Origin: an uncultured Actinomycetes bacterium
GTDB lineage: Bacteria; Actinomycetota; Thermoleophilia; RBG-16-64-13
NCBI GenBank assembly: GCA_963829545.1
Contig: CAWHIX010000008.1
Coordinates: forward strand, 127,324-191,323
Reading direction: 5' to 3'
Length of the DNA stretch: 64,000 bases
The notes below the pieces were generated by a model. That model did no database searches, had not been told where the DNA came from, and saw only the letters and a list, made by a program, of their open reading frames with translations. This document shows, one piece after another, positions 58,331 through 64,000 of this stretch (the stretch's first letter is position 1; each line of letters starts with the position of its first letter). A program made the position numbers and the translations under genes.

Positions 58331-59314
58331 CTACAGCATGCCCTGGCGGCGGAACCAGCGGAGCGTGTCGTCCAACGTCTCGGTCAGTGGGCGGGGCGCG
58401 AAGCCCAGTTCGTGCTCGGCCTTTCCCCGATCCATGCAGTGGTTGGAGTTGATCACGTCGACTGAATAGGTGGTGAACAGCGGTCGCTGTCTTCGCAACC
58501 GGTAGTAGGCGGGGGCGACGACGCCCGCCGCCCGCGCCACTTTCACGGGGAAGCGCAGCCGGGGTGCGGGGACGCCGGAAAGGCGCTCCAGTTCCTTGAG
58601 GAGGTCGATCACGCTTATCACGTGTCCGGCCAGGATGTACCCCTCGCCGGACCGGCCCTGGTCGGCGGCGGCGATCAGCCCTTGGGCGACGTCTCGGACA
58701 TCGACGAAGTCGTAGGCGCCGTCTACATACGCCCACAGGCGGCGATGGAAGCAGTCCAGGACCAACTGACCCGTATGCGAGACCTTGTAGTCGTGGGGTC
58801 CGATGATCCCCGATGGATAGGCCACAACGGCGTCGAACCCCTGCTGTGCCGCTTGGAGCACGAGCAGGGTGGCCTCGGCCTTGGTCTTCGCGTATGGGTC
58901 GGGTGACCGAGCAGGGTCGATGGGGGTGTCCTCCGTGGTGCACGCGCCGGCGGGGGGTTCGACGAAGGCATGGACCGAACTGGTATAGACGAGGCGCCCG
59001 ACGCCACTCGCGCGGCAGGCGGCAATCACGTTGCGCGTGCCCTCCACGTTAGCCCGGCGCAACCGTTTCAGCCCGCTGTTGGTTATGGAGACCACACCGG
59101 CGGTGTGGAAGACGACTTCCGCACCCCGGAAGGCCGCGGCCAGGGACGCTGGGTCGAGCACGTCACCGGAGACGATCTCAACCTCAAGCTCAGCCAGAGC
59201 TGCGCTGTTCCCGCCCCGGCGGACCATCGCCCGCACGGGGCCGCGATGCGCGGCCAACAGGGAACGTACCAGCACGTTCCCCACGTGCCCGGCGGCTCCG
59301 GTGACGACGATCAT
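58331..59314 (-). CDS. NAD-dependent epimerase/dehydratase (extended SDR).
   Basis: MIVVTGAAGHVGNVLV glycine-rich motif. 327 aa. Confidence 0.85.
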   Translation of the reverse strand: MIVVTGAAGHVGNVLVRSLLAAHRGPVRAMVRRGGNSAALAELEVEIVSGDVLDPASLAAAFRGAEVVFHTAGVVSITNSGLKRLRRANVEGTRNVIAACRASGVGRLVYTSSVHAFVEPPAGACTTEDTPIDPARSPDPYAKTKAEATLLVLQAAQQGFDAVVAYPSGIIGPHDYKVSHTGQLVLDCFHRRLWAYVDGAYDFVDVRDVAQGLIAAADQGRSGEGYILAGHVISVIDLLKELERLSGVPAPRLRFPVKVARAAGVVAPAYYRLRRQRPLFTTYSVDVINSNHCMDRGKAEHELGFAPRPLTETLDDTLRWFRRQGML

Positions 59315-59330
59315 ATGGTCCCCCGTCTCG

Positions 59331-59717
59331 TTAGTGGTGGTTCTTAACGCTCTCGGCCGTACGATATTGGACCATGCGACGGATCAGGTCCAGCGGCATA
59401 GGCCGATCGAGGGGGAACTGCACGGAGCCCTTGCCTCGCTTGTAAGGTGCGAGTTCTGAAGCGAAGGCCTCGGAGGCGCCGGTGGTGACCGGGTAGAAGC
59501 CGATGTGGTGGGCGTAGCCCGCGAAATGCACGAGGTGGCGTCCGCCGAGATCGAAGGTGGGGATTGCGTAACTCATTGTCTCCACGGCCTCCGGTGCGGC
59601 CGCGTGTATGGTCGCCCGCACCTCGTCGAGCACCTCCTGGACCTCGGGCGGGAACTCGGCTATGTACTCGTCGATAGAACGGGCAGCCGACCTCTTCTGT
59701 GTCGCTCTCTCTTCCAT
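59331..59717 (-). CDS. DUF1801 (YdhG-like) domain protein.
   Basis: About 128 aa from MEERATQKRS. The pattern ..IDEYIAEFPPEVQEVLDEVRATIHAAAPEAVE..MSYAIPTF.. is typical of DUF1801. Confidence 0.55.
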   Translation of the reverse strand: MEERATQKRSAARSIDEYIAEFPPEVQEVLDEVRATIHAAAPEAVETMSYAIPTFDLGGRHLVHFAGYAHHIGFYPVTTGASEAFASELAPYKRGKGSVQFPLDRPMPLDLIRRMVQYRTAESVKNHH

Positions 59718-59926
59718 GCCATCGTCCCCTTCCCTTGGCCTCGGCGCGCGTCTCACAATCCGGCTGGGCGAAAACCTGCATCGGAACCCCATCGGGTGGT
59801 CGCATGTGTCCCGTCCCGTCTTTTCCCGCCCCTTGGCCTCCCAAACGCGCCTGAGTCCCGCTGGACCTCAGCCCGCGACTGACGTACTCTACCTCTCAGT
59901 CACGAGCGACCGCAGGAGGACCTGGG

Positions 59927-60748
59927 ATGAGACTGGAAGGCAAGACCGCTCTGATCACCGGTGGGGGCGCCGGGATCGGCTGTTCCATAGCGGAAGTGTT
60001 CGCCGCTGAGGGTGCGAACGTGTGTATCACCGGCCGGCGGCAGAGTGCGCTTGACGAGACGGCGGGGACATTGCCCTCCGATTGCGTGCTCACCTGCGCC
60101 GGAGACGTCTCGAAACAGGAAGATGCCGAGCGCATGGTGCAGACGGCGCTCGGCTTCAACGGTAAGCTCGACATCCTCGTCAACAACGCCGCCATCGATC
60201 CGGCAGGCTCGGTGGTGGATATCGACGTGGATCTGTGGCGGCAGGTAATCGAGATCAACCTGACCGGTCCGTTCCTGATGATGAAGCACGCCATCCCCCG
60301 CATGATCGCAGGTGGCGGCGGATCCATCGTCAACATCGCCTCTCTGGCGGGCATCCGTTGCCTACCGGGCATGCCGGCGTATTGCTCGTCGAAAGCAGGG
60401 CTCATCATGCTGACCAAGCAGGTGGCGCTCGACTACGGGCCCGAGGGCGTCCGCTGCAACGTCGTGTGCCCGGGGGGGACGCGGACGGAGATGCTGGAGA
60501 ACTCGCTGGCTCCCGCCGCCAAGGCGCTTGATACCGACCTCGACGGCGTCTTCGCGAGGATGTCGGCCAAGAGCCCCCTGCGCAGGATGGCGACGCCCGA
60601 AGAGATCGCGCGCATCTGCCTTTGCTTGGCCGGCGACGATTTCTCCTTCGTCACCGGGGCCGAGATTGTGGCCGATGGCGGTGCGCATATCGTCGACGTC
60701 AACGGCACCTGGCTCAGCGACGCGGGTCTCAAGTGGGGCGAAGCCTGA
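59927..60748 (+). CDS. SDR-family oxidoreductase (3-oxoacyl-ACP-reductase-like).
   Basis: KTALITGGGAGIGCSIA; NIASLAG...YCSSKAG; 273 aa, intact. Confidence 0.85.
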   Translation: MRLEGKTALITGGGAGIGCSIAEVFAAEGANVCITGRRQSALDETAGTLPSDCVLTCAGDVSKQEDAERMVQTALGFNGKLDILVNNAAIDPAGSVVDIDVDLWRQVIEINLTGPFLMMKHAIPRMIAGGGGSIVNIASLAGIRCLPGMPAYCSSKAGLIMLTKQVALDYGPEGVRCNVVCPGGTRTEMLENSLAPAAKALDTDLDGVFARMSAKSPLRRMATPEEIARICLCLAGDDFSFVTGAEIVADGGAHIVDVNGTWLSDAGLKWGEA

Positions 60749-60813
60749 GCCGCCGCAGCTGTCTGCGGATGGGCACGGCGCCCGCGCCGCGGGCATGACG
60801 CCCAGCGACCAGT

Positions 60814-62487
60814 ATGCGTAGCGACCAACTCACGAACGGGCCCGCCCGGGCTCCTCATCGCTCGCTTCTGCGCGCCCTGGGTATCGGCCGCGCCGACGCC
60901 GGCCGTCCGCTCATCGGGGTGGCGAACTCGTTCAACGAACTAATCCCCGGACACATGCACCTGCGCTCCATCGCCGAGCAGGTGAAGTACGGCGTGTACC
61001 AGGGGGGCGGCATCCCGGTGGAGTTCGACGTCATCGGGGTGTGCGACGGGCTGGCCATGAACCACGAGGGCATGAACTACTCGCTGGTCAGCCGCGAGGT
61101 GATAGCCGACTCAGTGGAGATCATGGCCCGGGCGCACGCGTTGGACGGCCTGGTGCTCATCCCCAACTGCGACAAGGTGGTGCCGGGCATGGTCATGGCC
61201 GCCGCCCGCCTGGACATCCCCGCCGTGATCGTCTCCGGCGGGCCGATGCTGGCCGGTTTCCATCAGGGCCGCAGGATCGAGAACAAGGACGTGCTGGAGG
61301 GAGTGGGCGCCTACTTCCGCGGGAGGATGACCGCCGACGAGTTGTGTGCGTTGGAGGACGCTGCCTGTCCCACCTGCGGCTCCTGCGCGGGCCTGTTCAC
61401 GGCCAACTCCATGAGCTGTCTGACCGAGTGTCTGGGGCTGAGCCTTCCGGGTGACGGCACCATACCCGCTGTCTACTCTGCCCGTCTTTCCCTGGCGAGA
61501 GCGACCGGGGCCCGGGCGGTGGAAGCCGTGCGGCGCGCGTGGAACGCCCGCCGCTACCTGTCCTCTGCAAGCCTGTCGAACGCTCTGGTGCTCGACGCGG
61601 CCCTGGGCTGTTCCACCAACACGGTGCTCCACCTGGTGGCCATCGCCAAAGAGGTGGGCCTCGATCTTCCCCTGCGGACCTTCAACGAGGTCTCCGCCCA
61701 GACGCCTCACCTGGTCAAGCTCTCCCCGGCCGGTTCCTGGTACATGGAAGACTTTCACCGGGCGGGTGGCGTCATGGCCGCACTCCACCGCCTTGGAGAG
61801 GCCGGGCTCGTAGACGGTGGCGTGCCGACCATTTCGGGGCGCACGCTGAAGGAGCAGTACGAGACGGCCGTCCCCACCGACGCCGAGATCATCAGGCCCC
61901 TCGACCGTCCCTACAACCCCACGGGCGGGCTGGCGATCCTCTTCGGCAACCTGGCTCCCGACGGCGCCGTCGTCAAAGAAGCGGCTGTGCTGCCCCAGAT
62001 GCTCGTCCACCGGGGTCCGGCGCGGGTGTTCGACGACGAGGACTCGGCCGTGGCTGCCATCGCGGCCGACGATATCGAACCGGGATGCGTGGTCGTCATC
62101 CGCTATGTAGGTCCACAGGGGGGGCCGGGTATGCCCGAGATGCTGACGCCGACCTCCACCCTGGCGGGGGCCGGTCTCGACGATCGCGTGGCCCTGGTCA
62201 CCGACGGACGCTTCAGCGGTGTGACGCGGGGGGCGTGCGTGGGCCACGTCGTTCCGGAAGCGGCCGAGGGCGGTCCCATCGCCCTGATCGAGGATGGAGA
62301 CACGATCTCCATCGACATCCCCGGGCGCCGCCTCGCTCTGGAGGTGCCCGAGACGGAGTTGAGCCGCAGGCGGGCCGCGTGGCGGCGCCCCGCGCCTCGG
62401 GCCACCAAGGGAGTCCTGGGTCGCTACGTGAGACTCGTGCAGGGCGCCGACAAGGGCGCCGTCCTGGGCGACGAGCCGCGCGCGTAG
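60814..62487 (+). CDS. IlvD/EDD-family dehydratase (dihydroxy-acid dehydratase-like).
   Basis: Motifs [25 protein letters not shown] and [16 protein letters not shown] ([2Fe-2S]/[4Fe-4S] ligands). 557 aa. Confidence 0.85.
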   Translation: MRSDQLTNGPARAPHRSLLRALGIGRADAGRPLIGVANSFNELIPGHMHLRSIAEQVKYGVYQGGGIPVEFDVIGVCDGLAMNHEGMNYSLVSREVIADSVEIMARAHALDGLVLIPNCDKVVPGMVMAAARLDIPAVIVSGGPMLAGFHQGRRIENKDVLEGVGAYFRGRMTADELCALEDAACPTCGSCAGLFTANSMSCLTECLGLSLPGDGTIPAVYSARLSLARATGARAVEAVRRAWNARRYLSSASLSNALVLDAALGCSTNTVLHLVAIAKEVGLDLPLRTFNEVSAQTPHLVKLSPAGSWYMEDFHRAGGVMAALHRLGEAGLVDGGVPTISGRTLKEQYETAVPTDAEIIRPLDRPYNPTGGLAILFGNLAPDGAVVKEAAVLPQMLVHRGPARVFDDEDSAVAAIAADDIEPGCVVVIRYVGPQGGPGMPEMLTPTSTLAGAGLDDRVALVTDGRFSGVTRGACVGHVVPEAAEGGPIALIEDGDTISIDIPGRRLALEVPETELSRRRAAWRRPAPRATKGVLGRYVRLVQGADKGAVLGDEPRA

Positions 62488-62620
62488 CAGCACCGCCGCT
62501 TCGCCTCGACGCGCCGTCGGTCGGCACCACAGGAGCGCGATTTGCGGGCTCTTTCCGTATACCCGAGCCAGTATTCTGGTATCATTCTCCAAGTCCGTAA
62601 CGTCGACTTAGGAGCACGAC

Positions 62621-63433
62621 ATGCGGCTGCGAGACATACTTACAAGAGCGGGGCTGACGGCGGCGGCCGTGGGCCTCGGCGCCGGGTTGGCAGTGCAGGG
62701 TGTGGGGTGCGGCACCGGCCAGAGCGATCGCGAGTCGGGAATCGCCGAGGGAACCGGTTCGTCGGCTCAGCCGGCCCTTCCGGCACTCGATCTGAACGCA
62801 CCTGCGGAGTTCCAGACCGCCACCTTCGCCTACGGCTGATTCTGGGGCACAGAGGCTCAGTTAGGGAGCCTCCCAGGAGTCATCCGGACGAGAGTGGGAT
62901 ACACGGGAGGGAGTACCGCGGACCCCACCTACTACAACTTGGCCGACCACACCGAGACCGTCCAGCTTGATTTCGATCCGACAAAGGTCGGCTATCAGGA
63001 GCTGGTCGAGGACTTCTTCGCCCTCCACGATGCCACTCGGTCTTCGTCGAAGGCGCAGTACAAGTCGGCCGTCTTCGTCGGCGACGCCGAGCAGGAGCGG
63101 ATCGCCCGGGCGGTGATGGAGCGGGTGCAGGGGCAGACGAAGGGAACGCTCAAGACCGAGATCCTCCCGGCCGGCAAGTTCTACCTGGCCGAGGACTATC
63201 ACCAGAAGTATGCGCTCCAGGGCAACTCCCGTTACTTCGGCGAGTTCCGGGCCATGTATCCGGACTTCTGGGACATCGTGGATTCGCCGGCGGCCACTCG
63301 CGTGAATGCGTATCTATACGGATTCGGCGCAGAAGAGCAGCGGGTTGCGGAACTGGACAGCCTCGGTCTCTCCCAGACGGCCAAGGAATCCCTGGGGAAG
63401 GTGCGCTCGGTCGCGGCCTGTCCGGTCGACTAG
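62621..63433 (+). CDS. msrA: Peptide-methionine (S)-S-oxide reductase MsrA with an N-terminal signal/lipoprotein region. Predicted selenoprotein (in-frame UGA at 62837-62839).
   Basis: ORFs 62621..62839 and 62894..63433 are in the same frame. Read-through gives ..[40 protein letters not shown].., the MsrA G(C)FWG active site with the catalytic Cys position occupied by TGA. Confidence 0.8.
62852..62872 (+). promoter_or_regulatory. Candidate bacterial SECIS hairpin downstream of the msrA UGA.
   Basis: Perfect 7-bp stem GAGGCUC / GAGCCUC with 7-nt loop AGUUAGG, starting 12 nt after the UGA codon. Confidence 0.5.
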
Positions 63434-63470
63434 GGGCCGAGGCGCGATTCTCACGCCGGCCCGGGCCTGC

Positions 63471-64000
63471 TCAGGCCGACGAAGCCCGGCGCGACCGCTG
63501 GTCGCGCCACCAGAGGTAGTAGGCCAGAGGGATCACGATAGCTATGGTCACCAGAGCGATGACCTGCGCCTCCCTGAGCCCGAACACGATCACCTTGTTG
63601 ACACGCAGGAACGACAGGAAGAACCTGCCCAACGAGTAGAGGCCGATGTAGAGCAGGAAGGCCATCCCATCTATCTTGATCCTGGGTATGGCGACGAGCA
63701 GGATACCCACTACGATGAGCAGCCAGATCTGCTCGTAGATAGGATTGGGATGGGTGGCCACGCCCAGCAGGCGGTCGGGGATGAACGACGCCGGGTTGAC
63801 GTAGGTGATCCCCCAGGGAAGGTTCGTAGGATCGCCCCACGTGTCTCCGTTGATAATGTTGGCCGTCTTGCCGATTATCTGCGCCACGGGGAAGGCCAAC
63901 GCGGTGCTGTCGAGGACTTTGAGCAGCGGGAGCTTCTTCCACAGGCAGTAGATGACGAGCCCCGCCAGTCCGCCCCCGATCACTCCGTATATGGCCAGTC
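63471..64000 (-). CDS. lgt: Prolipoprotein diacylglyceryl transferase, 3' part (the 5' end lies beyond the window).
   Basis: Lgt C-terminal region: GDTWGDPTNLPWGITY, HPNPIYEQIWLLIV, LYSLGRFFLSFLR. The ORF continues to the window edge. Confidence 0.8.
   Translation of the reverse strand, partial: LAIYGVIGGGLAGLVIYCLWKKLPLLKVLDSTALAFPVAQIIGKTANIINGDTWGDPTNLPWGITYVNPASFIPDRLLGVATHPNPIYEQIWLLIVVGILLVAIPRIKIDGMAFLLYIGLYSLGRFFLSFLRVNKVIVFGLREAQVIALVTIAIVIPLAYYLWWRDQRSRRASSA

Noticed and set aside
62837-62839. TGA in msrA read as a pseudogene, sequencing error or gene boundary
   Set aside because: It is in the same frame on both sides, sits precisely at the catalytic-Cys codon, and is followed by a SECIS-like hairpin. 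Selenocysteine is the more economical explanation.
1-64000. Search for CRISPR arrays, tRNA/rRNA genes, transposases, integrases and toxin-antitoxin or defence modules
   Set aside because: I found no periodic spacer-repeat structure, no tRNA-like GTTCGAAT/T-loop signatures in the few intergenic regions longer than 100 nt, and no recombinase or transposase motifs. The only repeats are the gene-module duplication, the CDGT coding repeat and the 25-bp duplication.

Overview
This is a high-GC (about 65%) window that looks like it comes from a strict anaerobe. Positions 1-39551 form one long + strand block of about 35 genes that are tightly packed or overlap by a few bases, and this block contains no recognisable transcriptional regulator.

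Content of the + strand block, in order:
- the 3' part (about 650 aa) of a glycyl radical enzyme (GRE), followed by its radical-SAM activase;
- a glutamate-mutase S-type B12-binding protein and a GlmL/MutL-like ATPase, but no glmE;
- two small metal-binding cupins and two NTF2/SnoaL-like proteins;
- an enoate reductase of the old yellow enzyme (OYE) family, two tungsten-type aldehyde:ferredoxin oxidoreductases (AOR) and two short-chain dehydrogenases (SDR);
- a tandem array of four pyrogallol-phloroglucinol transhydroxylase-like molybdoenzyme modules (large subunit plus ferredoxin-like small subunit), interrupted by two small beta-grasp (MoaD-like) proteins and an acetylene-hydratase-like Mo/W enzyme;
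- a second enoate reductase, a second cupin locus, another SDR, a protein of the uroporphyrinogen decarboxylase fold (UroD-like), a zinc alcohol dehydrogenase, an HpcH-type aldolase and a metallo-beta-lactamase-fold hydrolase.

Downstream of this block:
- a minus-strand unit of AOR, ferredoxin, MoaD-like protein and nitroreductase (41897-45069);
- an amine/amino-acid block with an APC-family permease, a saccharopine-dehydrogenase-like protein and three class-III aminotransferases;
- a VanW-family protein, a secreted Cys/Asp/Gly-rich repeat protein, and a DUF362 protein with a twin-arginine (Tat) signal paired with a membrane polyferredoxin;
- housekeeping-type genes: an epimerase, an SDR, an IlvD/EDD dehydratase, MsrA, and the 3' end of lgt.

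The most notable points are these:
- msrA carries an in-frame UGA at the catalytic cysteine position, followed by a candidate SECIS hairpin, so it is probably a selenoprotein.
- A 3.7-kb transhydroxylase large/small module has been duplicated recently; both copies of the large subunit are riddled with frameshifts.
- One cupin family recurs at two loci.
- Many genes show apparent +/-1 frameshifts at short G/C runs. From sequence alone I cannot tell whether these are assembly indel errors or genuine gene decay.

I found no rRNA, tRNA, CRISPR array, transposase or integrase. Coordinates follow the supplied ORF track. My own base counting on the raw sequence can be off by +/-1 in places.
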